Shown here: positions 28,765 to 38,682 of the stretch, in pieces | How the letters are laid out: the number at the start of each line of letters is the position of its first letter | Numbering within the stretch: position 1 is the first letter of the stretch | Assembly (NCBI GenBank): GCA_013333695.2 | Contig: JABCOH020000013.1 | Coordinates: forward strand, 4,623 to 68,622 | DNA length: 64,000 nucleotides | Direction: 5' to 3' | Origin: Candidatus Saccharimonadota bacterium | GTDB taxonomy: Bacteria; Patescibacteriota; Saccharimonadia; Saccharimonadales; Saccharimonadaceae | Program-made: the position numbers and the translations under genes | The notes under the pieces: model-generated | What the model saw: only the letters and a program-made list of their open reading frames with translations | Database searches by the model: none | What the model was told of the DNA's origin: nothing

Positions 28765-30087
28765 ATGGACGACAAGGGTACGGATAGCAAGAAAACACCA
28801 GCGGATAAAGCCGCTGCGTCAACACCGCCGGCAGCGTCGCAGTCGACGGTCACATCAAGCTCATCACAGTCGACAACGACTCCGCCTACACAGGCTGATC
28901 AGCCGGCATCGACGCCGGCACGACCAGCATCGCCGACGTCGCAACCACCGATCATGAATTCGGTTATGCCGCCAAAAAAGAAAACCGGCCTCATCGTCGG
29001 TATTGTTACCGGCTCGGTCGTATTGCTGCTGGCTATCGCTGCGGTACTATTGTACTTTTTCTGGTGGCAAGACCCGCAGAGGATGGTGACTGATGCAGTG
29101 GTTAATTCATTCCAGACTAAAAAGGTGGTTTCCTCGGGCAAGTTTGTCATGAATCTCGGCAATGGCAATCGGGTTGATGTCAAACTCAAAGCCGCTACTG
29201 ACCCACCAAAATCAAAAACCGAGGCCACCGTTAAATTAGCGATCAATGGTATGGAAATCCAACAAGACATCACCCTCACAATGGTGGCTGATGGCAAAGG
29301 TACGATTTATATTAAGAGCGAACATCTAAAAGATATCGTGCGCCAGATGGTAGAGACTATTATCAAGGCTCGAAGCCGGGGGATGCTACCAGATACGCAG
29401 TCGACGATGGTACGCGACCAGATTCTCAAACAGTTTGATGAAAAATTTAACAAAATTGAAGGTAAGTGGCTTAAAGTATCATTTGATGAGCTTGGAGCAT
29501 CACGTACAAACAAAGACACGTGCTCTCAAGAAATCTTTGATTTGATCAATACTGACCAGCAGGTGCGTAGCGAACTGATCAACGCGTATCGCAAAAACAG
29601 CTTTGTGACGGTCAAAAAGGACGCTAAGGTCGAGCCGCGTGACGGTGCGCCTGGCTTTGAAATTGATTTAGCTTCGGACGGTAAAATGTCAGACAAACTA
29701 CGCGCATTTGTCGATTCTCTGGGGGATACAAAACTTGGCAAGAAAATCAAAGAATGTTATGGCAACAAAGTGTTCAATACAGTGAAAAAAACTACGTCAT
29801 CAAAGAAATTGCCTACTATGCGCATCTGGGTCAATCCGTGGTCGCACCAGCTTAAAGCGATCGAAATCAAGGCGCGCGGCTCAGATGGCGACAAGGATCG
29901 GGATCTCACTATGGACATGACGTTCGACTACAGTAAGTCAGAGCGAATTGATATACCGTCAGACGCCGATAATCTTAAATCGGTACTTCGGGATTTTGCC
30001 GGTTCATCACCAATACCGCCGTTTGCTAGGGGTGGTGCCTCCACGGATGAGAACGATGAAGACACCGACACTAGCGTCGAGAGATGA
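28765..30087 (+). CDS. Single-pass membrane protein: P/S/T-rich N-terminus, TM helix, extracellular domain (possibly LolA/LppX-like fold)
   Basis: Low-complexity N-terminus, KKK+TM, then IYIK...GKWLKV...RIWV...FDYSK..IDIP pattern; GAGGAGG RBS. Confidence 0.7.
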   Translation: MDDKGTDSKKTPADKAAASTPPAASQSTVTSSSSQSTTTPPTQADQPASTPARPASPTSQPPIMNSVMPPKKKTGLIVGIVTGSVVLLLAIAAVLLYFFWWQDPQRMVTDAVVNSFQTKKVVSSGKFVMNLGNGNRVDVKLKAATDPPKSKTEATVKLAINGMEIQQDITLTMVADGKGTIYIKSEHLKDIVRQMVETIIKARSRGMLPDTQSTMVRDQILKQFDEKFNKIEGKWLKVSFDELGASRTNKDTCSQEIFDLINTDQQVRSELINAYRKNSFVTVKKDAKVEPRDGAPGFEIDLASDGKMSDKLRAFVDSLGDTKLGKKIKECYGNKVFNTVKKTTSSKKLPTMRIWVNPWSHQLKAIEIKARGSDGDKDRDLTMDMTFDYSKSERIDIPSDADNLKSVLRDFAGSSPIPPFARGGASTDENDEDTDTSVER

Positions 30088-30100
30088 TATACTAAGGAGT

Positions 30101-32695
30101 ATGAAACGCTACAATCCGACGGAAATTGAGAAAAAATGGCAAGATAAGTGGGAGGCTGGCGGCACCTATGTCACTGACCTTGGTGATACGACGCGTCCCA
30201 AATACTATAGTCTCAGTATGCTTCCTGGCATCACTGGCGCGGGCATTCATATCGGCCACGGTCGGACGTTTCAGTTTGCTGACATCAAAGCGCGATTGAA
30301 GCGTCAGCAGGGCTACAATGTGTACCATCCAATTGGCTGGGATAGTTTTGGCCTCCCCGTAGAAAATTACGCAATCAAGGTCGGTAAAACACCGCGGGTA
30401 GCACATGATGAAGCCAAAGCGCATTTCATCACCCAGTTGAAGCGGCTCGGGTTTAGCTATGATTGGACAAAGGAAATTTCTACGGCTGACCCAGAGTACT
30501 ACAAGTGGACTCAGTGGATTTTTACGCAGCTATACAAGCACGATTTGGCGTATCAAAAGGAGCAGCCGCAATGGTGGTGTGATACCGACAATACGGTGCT
30601 GGCTAACGAGCAGGTCGAGGGCGGCAAATGTTGGCGCTGCGGCAATCCTGTGACCAAGCGCAACCTCAAGCAGTGGTTTTTCCGCATCACAGCCTATGCT
30701 GATGAGATTTTGGAGGCGACTGATGACCTAGACTGGACGGAAATGGTCAAGACCATGCAGAAAAATTGGATTGGCCGGTCGGTTGGCGCAGAAGTTGACT
30801 TTGTAGTCAACGGACAGGATGCCATCATTACCGTATTCACCACGCGCCCTGACACCCTGTTTGGTGCCAGCTACGTGGCACTGGCGCCAGAGCACCCATT
30901 GGTTTCTCAGCTGGTCAATGCCGACACGCGTGCCAAGGTTGAAACATATATTCAAGCGGCGCAGCAGAAGTCCGACGTTGAACGCCAGGAAAATAAGGAT
31001 AAAACCGGCGTCTTTACTGGCAGCTATGTTGTCAATCCAGTCAATGGCCAAAAGCTGCCAATCTGGGTAGCTGACTACGTACTGAGTGGTTACGGCACGG
31101 GTGCAGTCATGGCGGTACCGGCACATGATGAACGTGACTTTGCCTTTGCTGAGAAATTCGATCTGCCAATTGTTCAGGTGGTTGACAAGCCTGAAGATTC
31201 GGCAGACATCGGTTGCTATACAGGCGAAGGTGAGTTGATTAATTCTGGGCAATTCGACGGTACGCGGAGTGAAGATGCTCGCGAGCAAATCGTAGCGTGG
31301 CTGGAACAGCAGGGATCTGGTCGCGGTAAAACTACTTACAAAATGCGTGACTGGCTGATTTCTCGCCAGCGTTACTGGGGTGCGCCAATTCCAATGGTGC
31401 ATGTTGATGGTTTCGAGCCAATTGCTGTAGCGGATGAGTGCTTGCCGGTGATTCTGCCAGAAGTCGAGAACTTTAAACCGACGGGCGGTAATACATCGGT
31501 CCTAGCGCAAGTTGATGATTGGGTGCGCGTGTGGGTTGACGTCGAGACGGGTAAAACCGCGCCGATTACTGAGCCAAAGCCTGCGGGCGACAATTGGCGT
31601 GAAGGTCGGCGCGAAACTGATACGCTGGATGGCTATGCTTGTTCCAGCTGGTATTTCCTGCGCTATCTCGACCCACACAATGACGCCGAGGCATGGAATT
31701 CTGAGCGAATTGGTCATTGGATGCCGGTCGATTATTACAACGGTGCCGACCACGCGGTGGCGCACCTACTGTACAGTCGTTTTTGGCTGCACTTGTTCCA
31801 TAAACTCGGCTTGGTGCCGACGCCAGAACCATTCAAGCGGATGATGTACAATGCTTACATCATGGCGCCAGACGGCCAAAAGATGAGTAAATCTAAGGGT
31901 AACGTCATCGATCCGATGGAAATTATGGACAGTGGTTATGGCGCTGACGCACTGCGCGTATACGAGATGTTCATCGCGCCGTACGATATGGATGCACCGT
32001 GGGATCTGCGCGGGGTACCGGGGACGTATCGGTTCTTAAACCGAGTGTGGAATGTGGTACAGGAGTTTGTGGTTGCGGATACATTACCTCCTCTGACAGA
32101 GGCTGTGAAGTGTTCGCGAATAGCGGACGCTTCAGCCGAACGCTCGCGAGAAATCTCCAGTGGAGATTTGAGCGAAGAGTGTACTCTGGCGGAGGATGGT
32201 GATGTAGCCGCGGAGCTGTTGCGTCTCACTCACCTCACTATCAAGAAAGTCACCCGCGATATCGAGGACGAAAAATTCAATACGGCGGTGGCGGCGATGA
32301 TGGAAATGGTCAATGGCCTATACAAGTTCAAAGAATCACACGGTATGCAAACGTCAGAAACATGGCGGTTTACCCTGGAGAGTCTGCTGCAAATTTTGGC
32401 ACCATTTGCGCCGCACATAACTGAAGAATTGTGGCAGGAATTGGGCCATGCTGATACCATTCACGTTAATCACTGGCCAAAGTGGGATGAAAAATATCTG
32501 GTGAGCGATGTGATAACCATCATTGTACAGGTCAACGGCAAGCTCCGATCACGGCTGGAGCTGCCAGTTGATACCGATAAAGAGACGATTGAGCAACGAG
32601 CGCTGGATGACGAGAAGGTTCGCGCCTATCTCGACGCCCGGACACCGAAAAAGGTGATTTATGTGCCAGGGAAGTTGGTGAATATTGTTGTCTAG
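30101..32695 (+). CDS. leuS: Leucine--tRNA ligase
   Basis: HIGH, GWDSFGLP, FTTRPDT, GYGTGAVMAVPAHD, KMSKS; start MKRYNP at 30101. Confidence 0.98.
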   Translation: MKRYNPTEIEKKWQDKWEAGGTYVTDLGDTTRPKYYSLSMLPGITGAGIHIGHGRTFQFADIKARLKRQQGYNVYHPIGWDSFGLPVENYAIKVGKTPRVAHDEAKAHFITQLKRLGFSYDWTKEISTADPEYYKWTQWIFTQLYKHDLAYQKEQPQWWCDTDNTVLANEQVEGGKCWRCGNPVTKRNLKQWFFRITAYADEILEATDDLDWTEMVKTMQKNWIGRSVGAEVDFVVNGQDAIITVFTTRPDTLFGASYVALAPEHPLVSQLVNADTRAKVETYIQAAQQKSDVERQENKDKTGVFTGSYVVNPVNGQKLPIWVADYVLSGYGTGAVMAVPAHDERDFAFAEKFDLPIVQVVDKPEDSADIGCYTGEGELINSGQFDGTRSEDAREQIVAWLEQQGSGRGKTTYKMRDWLISRQRYWGAPIPMVHVDGFEPIAVADECLPVILPEVENFKPTGGNTSVLAQVDDWVRVWVDVETGKTAPITEPKPAGDNWREGRRETDTLDGYACSSWYFLRYLDPHNDAEAWNSERIGHWMPVDYYNGADHAVAHLLYSRFWLHLFHKLGLVPTPEPFKRMMYNAYIMAPDGQKMSKSKGNVIDPMEIMDSGYGADALRVYEMFIAPYDMDAPWDLRGVPGTYRFLNRVWNVVQEFVVADTLPPLTEAVKCSRIADASAERSREISSGDLSEECTLAEDGDVAAELLRLTHLTIKKVTRDIEDEKFNTAVAAMMEMVNGLYKFKESHGMQTSETWRFTLESLLQILAPFAPHITEELWQELGHADTIHVNHWPKWDEKYLVSDVITIIVQVNGKLRSRLELPVDTDKETIEQRALDDEKVRAYLDARTPKKVIYVPGKLVNIVV
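32075..32211 (+). repeat. Palindromic multi-hairpin element in frame within leuS
   Basis: Long outer stem plus two internal hairpins; encodes a peptide not typical of LeuRS. Confidence 0.7.
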
Positions 32696-32709
32696 ATGTA
32701 TTAATACTG

Positions 32710-33174
32710 CTAAGTACTAAGTAGGGAAGCTTCTTGGCCGTTGATACATACGAGGTTGTTTTTATTGTTGGGATCTAGCCCTATTCTGGGCATGGCTTGG
32801 CCAGCAGTGCTTTCGGTTATGCAAATCCATGGTCCACTATTCGGGTTGTCATTATGCCAGACGCCATCAGTCACAGCAACTTCTAGTTTCCCCGTTGACG
32901 TAAAAGTTGCTAAAAGGTTATCATCGGTAACTCCGCCGGTATCGCGTATCTGGGCGCCGCCTTCCACGATAAGGGTTGCGGTATCGGCAACATGATCCAT
33001 TGATTCCTTCTCGGCACTACCTAAGTGCTGAGTGGTAAGGTTACACCCAAATGTAACCATCGCCACGCCTACGGTCGCAGCACCCATTTTAGCTAACGTG
33101 TCGCGCCGCTTCGCTGCCTGCTCTGGTGTTTTTGGAGTTGTCTCAGCGATCCAATTGTGTAATAAATTGCTCAT
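32710..33174 (-). CDS. Hypothetical secreted/membrane-anchored protein
   Basis: KRR plus hydrophobic stretch ending FGC; AAGGA RBS before ATG 33174; TTGACT/TATTAT promoter upstream. Confidence 0.65.
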   Translation of the reverse strand: MSNLLHNWIAETTPKTPEQAAKRRDTLAKMGAATVGVAMVTFGCNLTTQHLGSAEKESMDHVADTATLIVEGGAQIRDTGGVTDDNLLATFTSTGKLEVAVTDGVWHNDNPNSGPWICITESTAGQAMPRIGLDPNNKNNLVCINGQEASLLST

Positions 33175-33345
33175 CGTAAAATATCCTTGCTTAGTGGTTG
33201 GGTAGCATGTCTTTAATAATATCATAAACACTTAATAAAGTCAATAACTTACTGCCGCCACCTTGTATCCCCTTGAGAAATCTATCAAAAACCGGTATAA
33301 TGAAGCCCAAGTGTTACGATAAACTGAAATAAAGGAGATTTTTCT

Positions 33346-33495
33346 ATGGCACAACCAAAAAAGCAGAGCAGCCCGCGCAAGACCGGTCTGCGTCGCAGCC
33401 ACTTGGTACTGAAATTAGCACGCCGCGTCAACGGGACGTCACCAGTGAAAGTCAAGACGACCAAACGCGAGACTGGTAAGAAGAGTACAAAATAA
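33346..33495 (+). CDS. rpmF: 50S ribosomal protein L32 (49 aa, not in ORF track)
   Basis: Hand translation MAQPKKQSSPRKTGLRRSHLVLKLARRVNGTSPVKVKTTKRETGKKSTK; AAAGGAG RBS. Confidence 0.9.
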   Translation: MAQPKKQSSPRKTGLRRSHLVLKLARRVNGTSPVKVKTTKRETGKKSTK

Positions 33496-33522
33496 ACTAA
33501 CACGAACAGGAACGTTTTTGTC

Positions 33523-33978
33523 ATGGCTTCAAACCGTCATTTGGGACGAATCGTCGCGTTGCAGACGTTATACGAGATTGAGTTTCGCCAGGAAGTTGGC
33601 GACAGCGAGGTTGATGTCGCCGATATCTTGAGGCGCAATCTTGAGAAATACAAATGATCAGTCGATGATGTTGAGTTTGTACGAAGTCTGATCTATGGCG
33701 CCGCCACGCATAAAGCAGAGCTTGATGATAAACTTCGTCCGCTGGCGCCAGAATGGCCGATTGAGCAGATATCGCGAATTGACCGGACGGTACTACGGCT
33801 CGGGCTGTATGAATTATTGTTTTCTCGGGCGGCGGTGCCACCAAAAGTGGCTATCAACGAAGCAGTGGAACTTGCAAAAACGTTTGGTTCGGATAACTCA
33901 GGGAAATTTGTGAACGGTGTGCTCGGCACGGCGTATCGCTCCCTCCAAGAGGATGCCGATGAAGACAAGCAGCTTTGA
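33523..33978 (+). pseudogene. nusB: Transcription antitermination factor NusB with one in-frame TGA (33655-33657)
   Basis: Hand translation MASNRHLGRIVALQTLYE...KYK*SVDD...WPIEQISRIDRTVLRLGLYEL...VPPKVAINEAVELAKTFG..SGKFVNGVLG. Confidence 0.9.
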
Positions 33979-34456
33979 TCATATCAAGAAATATTTTGGC
34001 GGTCGCAAAAAACCGTCGATCCAAGAAATAGTTCGCGAGCCAACCGCCGGCGGCGTGGTGTTTCGACGCAATAAAAAGGGTGATGTTGAGTTTCTGCTCT
34101 ACCAAGACGCGCGGGATCGCTGGACAATTCCCAAAGGTCACGTTGAACCGGGCGAGACAGCGCAGGCCGCCGCCAAGCGTGAGGTTGGCGAGGAAGCTGG
34201 CCTCAAGAATATCGAGGTGTGCGGTTGGCTGGGCAAAATTAATTTTCGCTACCGCCGACTCGATAAGTTAGTGTTGATTTCGCAGCAAGTGTACCTGATG
34301 AAGGCGCTTGATCCGGACGAAAAACTGCAAAAAGAAGACTGGATGAATGGCCTCAAGTGGTTTACCTTTCATGAGGCGCTGGACGAAATTGAGTATGAGG
34401 ATATTGGCAAGTTGATTCTGCTCGCTATGAAACGAATCAGACAGGAGAATCTATAA
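33959..34456 (+). CDS. NUDIX hydrolase (Ap4A hydrolase-like)
   Basis: AGGVV, WTIPKGHVEPGETAQAAAKREVGEEAG; ATG 33959. Confidence 0.9.
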   Translation: MKTSSFDHIKKYFGGRKKPSIQEIVREPTAGGVVFRRNKKGDVEFLLYQDARDRWTIPKGHVEPGETAQAAAKREVGEEAGLKNIEVCGWLGKINFRYRRLDKLVLISQQVYLMKALDPDEKLQKEDWMNGLKWFTFHEALDEIEYEDIGKLILLAMKRIRQENL

Positions 34457-35173
34457 ATGAGCGGGATAAATACGGCGCCGTATCAGGAGTTTGCGCGTGA
34501 GAAGCTAGGGTTTGAGTTTACGAACCTTGAATTACTCGTGACCGCCTTAACGCATCGCAGTTATGTCAATGAGCATAGAAAATCAGTCCACGAGCATAAC
34601 GAGCGGTTGGAATTCCTCGGTGATGCGGTGTTGGAGCTAGCGGTAACGGAATATTTGTTTACGCACTTTTCTGAGCCGGAAGGAGTTTTGACGGCGTGGC
34701 GGGCGGCGCTGGTGCGCACGGAAAGCATTGGTGATGCAGGCGATAAATTAGGTTATGGGCCGCTGATTCGTATGTCAAAGGGCGAGAAAAATGGCTCGGA
34801 TCGGGCACATTTGCAGATCCTAGCTAATGCTTTTGAGGCGGTGATTGGCGCGATTTATCTGGAGCGTGGGTTTGAAGACGCCCGAGATTTTATACATAAG
34901 CATATTGTTGTCAAGCTGGACGGAATATTGGAGTCAGGCAGTTGGCGCGATCCGAAGTCATATTTGCAGGAAATTTCTCAGCGCGTTGACAATCAGACGC
35001 CAGTATATAAAGTTTTGGGCGAGGAAGGTCCAGATCATGATAAGATTTTCACGCTTGGAGTGTTCGTCGGTGAAACGATGATGGGGCGCGGCGTGGGTCC
35101 GTCCAAGCAGGTGGCTCAACAGCAAGCCGCCCGCCAAGCGATCGCTCGATATCGGGCAGCTAATTCTGAATAG
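34457..35173 (+). CDS. rnc: Ribonuclease III
   Basis: ALTHRS, NERLEFLGDAVL, dsRBD (DPKSYLQE, GPDH). Confidence 0.98.
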   Translation: MSGINTAPYQEFAREKLGFEFTNLELLVTALTHRSYVNEHRKSVHEHNERLEFLGDAVLELAVTEYLFTHFSEPEGVLTAWRAALVRTESIGDAGDKLGYGPLIRMSKGEKNGSDRAHLQILANAFEAVIGAIYLERGFEDARDFIHKHIVVKLDGILESGSWRDPKSYLQEISQRVDNQTPVYKVLGEEGPDHDKIFTLGVFVGETMMGRGVGPSKQVAQQQAARQAIARYRAANSE

Positions 35174-35219
35174 TGATTATATCTTTTCTCAGCGCCTAAT
35201 CGGTGCTATAATCAAAAGG

Positions 35220-36644
35220 ATGAGTAACACAATTTTTAAACGTACCAAGATCCTAGCGACTGTCGGTCCGGCAACGATGAGTCAGGATAAAATTAGTCAA
35301 CTTATGCAGGCCGGTGTCAATGGCTTTCGTCTGAACTTTAGCCACGGTAGTTATGATGAGCGGCGTGAGCAAATCGACTGGATTCGCACAGCCAGTCATG
35401 AGCAGGGTAAACCAGTTGCCATTCTCCAAGACCTTCAAGGTCCAAAAATCCGCCTCGGCGTTCTCAAAGATAACATGCTGACGGTGCGGACTGGTGACAT
35501 GCTGACGCTTGATTCGTCGATTGCGGAACACGATGGAAGTTTCAATCTGCCTGTCCAATATAACCTCGCCGAGAAAATGAAAGTTGGCGAGCCGCTGTAT
35601 ATGTTTGATGGCAAGATCAAGTCGATCGTACGTGAAATCGCTGGCCCAACGGCCATCAAGGTGGAGGTGCAGAATAACGGATTTTTGATGAGCCGCAAGG
35701 GCCTGAATCTGCCAGATACCGATTTTGGTGGTGATATCTTGACGCCAAAAGATATCGCCGATATTGAGTGGGCAGCCAATCAAGATTTTGATTATGTAGC
35801 ACTTAGTTTTGTACAGACAGAGGACGACATTATCGATCTGCGCTCGCGGCTGACGGCGCTGGGTTCGGATGCGTATATTATTGCCAAAATCGAGACCAAG
35901 TCAGCGATCTCTGATGAACATCTGGAGGAGATCGTCAAGGCGAGTGATGGCATTATGGTGGCGCGCGGCGACTTGGCGGTCGAGGCTGGAGCGGAGATCG
36001 TGCCAGTTATCCAACGGCGCATTATCGCTCTTTGTCGTAAATATTCTAAGCTCAGTATCGTCGCGACACAGATGATGGGCAGCATGGTTGACAATCCTGA
36101 GCCATCTCGCGCCGAAGTGAGCGACGTTGCCAATGCGGTCATCCAGGGTGCCGACACGGTGATGTTGTCGGATGAAACAGCCAACGGTAAATATCCGATC
36201 GAGACAGTGCAGGCAATGCGCCGGACGATTATGTACACTCAGGAGCATAGTGATGTCATGGCGGTTGAGTCGAGTGAGAAGCGCCGCAAGCATGACGCAC
36301 TGCTAAGCTACACGGCGGCGCGGTTGGCTACTGAACTTAAGGCGCGAGCGATTGTCGCCGAAACTAGTACGGGTGCGACCGCGGTGAATGTCGGTGCCTT
36401 TCGGCCGAATATGCCGATCATTAGCGTCACCGATAGCCAAAAAACGGCCCAAAAATTAGCGTTAAGTTACGCTACGCGCTCATACGTTCGTCCAAGTGGC
36501 CTGGGTTCGGCGAATAAATTAGCAGAGGAATTGAAGGCCGAAGGTTACTTTGGCGAGGATCCAGTGACGTTGGTATTGGTCAGCGGTCATCAACCGGGCC
36601 GGCCGGGCAAGACTGACAATATCCAGATCCGGACAATGGAGTAG
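35220..36644 (+). CDS. pyk: Pyruvate kinase
   Basis: RTKILATVGP, RLNFSHG, DLQGPKIR, AKIE, MVARGDL, ATQM. Confidence 0.98.
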   Translation: MSNTIFKRTKILATVGPATMSQDKISQLMQAGVNGFRLNFSHGSYDERREQIDWIRTASHEQGKPVAILQDLQGPKIRLGVLKDNMLTVRTGDMLTLDSSIAEHDGSFNLPVQYNLAEKMKVGEPLYMFDGKIKSIVREIAGPTAIKVEVQNNGFLMSRKGLNLPDTDFGGDILTPKDIADIEWAANQDFDYVALSFVQTEDDIIDLRSRLTALGSDAYIIAKIETKSAISDEHLEEIVKASDGIMVARGDLAVEAGAEIVPVIQRRIIALCRKYSKLSIVATQMMGSMVDNPEPSRAEVSDVANAVIQGADTVMLSDETANGKYPIETVQAMRRTIMYTQEHSDVMAVESSEKRRKHDALLSYTAARLATELKARAIVAETSTGATAVNVGAFRPNMPIISVTDSQKTAQKLALSYATRSYVRPSGLGSANKLAEELKAEGYFGEDPVTLVLVSGHQPGRPGKTDNIQIRTME

Positions 36645-36656
36645 GACGAGAAAAGG

Positions 36657-37892
36657 GTGGGCGGATTTTTCAAGCAAACAATTCATGACGTTAATCTCCG
36701 CGGACTAACCGTCCTGGTGCGGGTTGATTATAATGTGCCTTTGAGCGCGACTGGTGGGATTGCCAGTGACTTACGAATTCGCGCTAGTTTGCCGACCCTG
36801 CGCTATTTACTAGAGCAACGCTGCAAGATTGTTCTGATGAGTCACCTCGGGCGGCCAAAGGGGGCCGATCCGACGTATAGCCTGCGTCCAGTGGCGCGTC
36901 GACTGGCTGAGCTGCTCGGGCGGCCGGTGCAGTTTATTGATGGCTGTGTTGGGGATAAGCTGCGTCAAGCAGTGCGACATATGGCGGCTGGCGACATACT
37001 GATGCTAGAAAATCTGCGGTTTTATGACGAGGAGTCGCGTGACGATACGGTGTTTGCCAGGGCAATTGCTCGGGCGGTGCGGCCGGATTATTTTGTACAG
37101 GATGGTTTTGCGGTGGTACATCGAGCTCACGCCAGTACCCATGCGATTACGCTATATGTTCCGGGGCTAGCCGGTGACCTGTTGGTGCACGAATATACTG
37201 TGCTAACCGCAGCGATGTCGCGTCCAGCGCGGCCACTAGTGGCGATTATTGGCGGTGTGAAAATTGCTGATAAGATTGTGCTGATTGAGCGGTTGATTGA
37301 TAAGGCCGACACGATTCTCATCGGTGGTGCGATGGCCAATACCTTCCTCGCCTATCGTGGCTACAGGATGGGTCACAGTACGATTGAGCCGGATCAGGAA
37401 CAAGTGCTAGCGGCCATCTACCGCCGTGCTGCTGATAAAGTTGGTGAGGAACGGGTCGATCAGTTCTTGCGGCTACCTAGTGACGTAGCAGTGGCTTTGT
37501 CACCAGAAGCATCGGATGATCGTCATGAGGTGTCGGTTGATGGGATTGGCGACGATGAGATGGCGCTGGATATTGGTGCTGAGACGATGGCGCAATTTGC
37601 TTCAGTGATTACTTCGGCGAAAACAGTCATTTGGAACGGGCCGTTGGGGTATTCGACTAACCCGTTGTTTGCTCGAGGGTCGGCCCGGATTGCCGAAGCT
37701 ATCGTACAAAATCACGGCGTCACCTCAATCATTGGTGGCGGCGATACGGCGGAATTTGTCCTTGGGTGGGATGGACATGACGGCAGGCAATTTTCGCATA
37801 TTTCTACTGGTGGCGGAGCCAGCCTCGAGCTGATGAGCGGCAAAAAATTACCGGGTGTGGAAAGTTTACTAGACGCACACGGACTAAAATGA
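36657..37892 (+). CDS. pgk: Phosphoglycerate kinase
   Basis: RVDYNVP, SHLGRP, LENLRF, HRAHAS, GGGDT, STGGGASLE. Confidence 0.98.
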   Translation: MGGFFKQTIHDVNLRGLTVLVRVDYNVPLSATGGIASDLRIRASLPTLRYLLEQRCKIVLMSHLGRPKGADPTYSLRPVARRLAELLGRPVQFIDGCVGDKLRQAVRHMAAGDILMLENLRFYDEESRDDTVFARAIARAVRPDYFVQDGFAVVHRAHASTHAITLYVPGLAGDLLVHEYTVLTAAMSRPARPLVAIIGGVKIADKIVLIERLIDKADTILIGGAMANTFLAYRGYRMGHSTIEPDQEQVLAAIYRRAADKVGEERVDQFLRLPSDVAVALSPEASDDRHEVSVDGIGDDEMALDIGAETMAQFASVITSAKTVIWNGPLGYSTNPLFARGSARIAEAIVQNHGVTSIIGGGDTAEFVLGWDGHDGRQFSHISTGGGASLELMSGKKLPGVESLLDAHGLK

Positions 37893-37911
37893 TACACTAA
37901 ACATAAGCATT

Positions 37912-38673
37912 ATGACGCGAAAAACACTCATCATCGGTAACTGGAAGATGAACCTCACCATGCACGAGGCGAGTTTGTATTTGCACAAGCTCATGGAGCA
38001 GCTGCCGGTACACCGCGACGTCGAGGTGGTGGTGGCGCCAACGATGTTGACACTGCAAAGTTTGAGCTTGCAAATTAAGCGTCGGATCGTCAAGCTCGCT
38101 GCCCAAAATTGCTACTGGCGCGACCACGGTCCGTACACCGGCGAAGTGCCAGCGTCGCATTTACATGGCATGGTTGATTATGTCATGATTGGTCACTCCG
38201 AGCGGCGACATATATTTATGGAGAGCGACAAGGATATTCGTTTCAAGGTGCAGGCGGCACTGCGTAATCGGCTTCAACCAATCCTCTGCATTGGCGAAAC
38301 GGCGCACGAGCGGACGCTAGGTGAAACGCGTGAAGTGCTCCAGGATCAGATTGTAAACGGTCTCGCAAATATAACGGCCGAGGAAATAGATCATGTGGTG
38401 ATCGCCTACGAGCCGGTCTGGGCGATTGGTAGCGGCGAGTATGCGCAGCCGAGTGACCTTGCCAAGGCGCTCAAGGTGATTCGTCAGCAAATTACGCATT
38501 TATTTGGCAAGGAAGCAGCCGAAGCGGTGCGCGTGGTGTATGGCGGCAGCGGTTCGGTTGACAACGCCGGTGATTACCTGGCGGTGGCGGGACTTGATGG
38601 ACTGTTGATTGGCGGAGCGAGTCTGGACGCATATCAATTTACGGAGATAGTAAAAAAGGCGCATAAAGAATAG
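37912..38673 (+). CDS. tpiA: Triosephosphate isomerase
   Basis: GNWKM, GHSERR, AYEPVWAIG, YGGS, LIGGASL. Confidence 0.98.
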   Translation: MTRKTLIIGNWKMNLTMHEASLYLHKLMEQLPVHRDVEVVVAPTMLTLQSLSLQIKRRIVKLAAQNCYWRDHGPYTGEVPASHLHGMVDYVMIGHSERRHIFMESDKDIRFKVQAALRNRLQPILCIGETAHERTLGETREVLQDQIVNGLANITAEEIDHVVIAYEPVWAIGSGEYAQPSDLAKALKVIRQQITHLFGKEAAEAVRVVYGGSGSVDNAGDYLAVAGLDGLLIGGASLDAYQFTEIVKKAHKE

Positions 38674-38682
38674 GGGGGGCTT

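Noticed and set aside
33655..33657. UGA recoding (code 25 or selenocysteine) as the explanation of the nusB stop
   Set aside because: Many genes in the window end properly at TGA, and no other gene needs readthrough.
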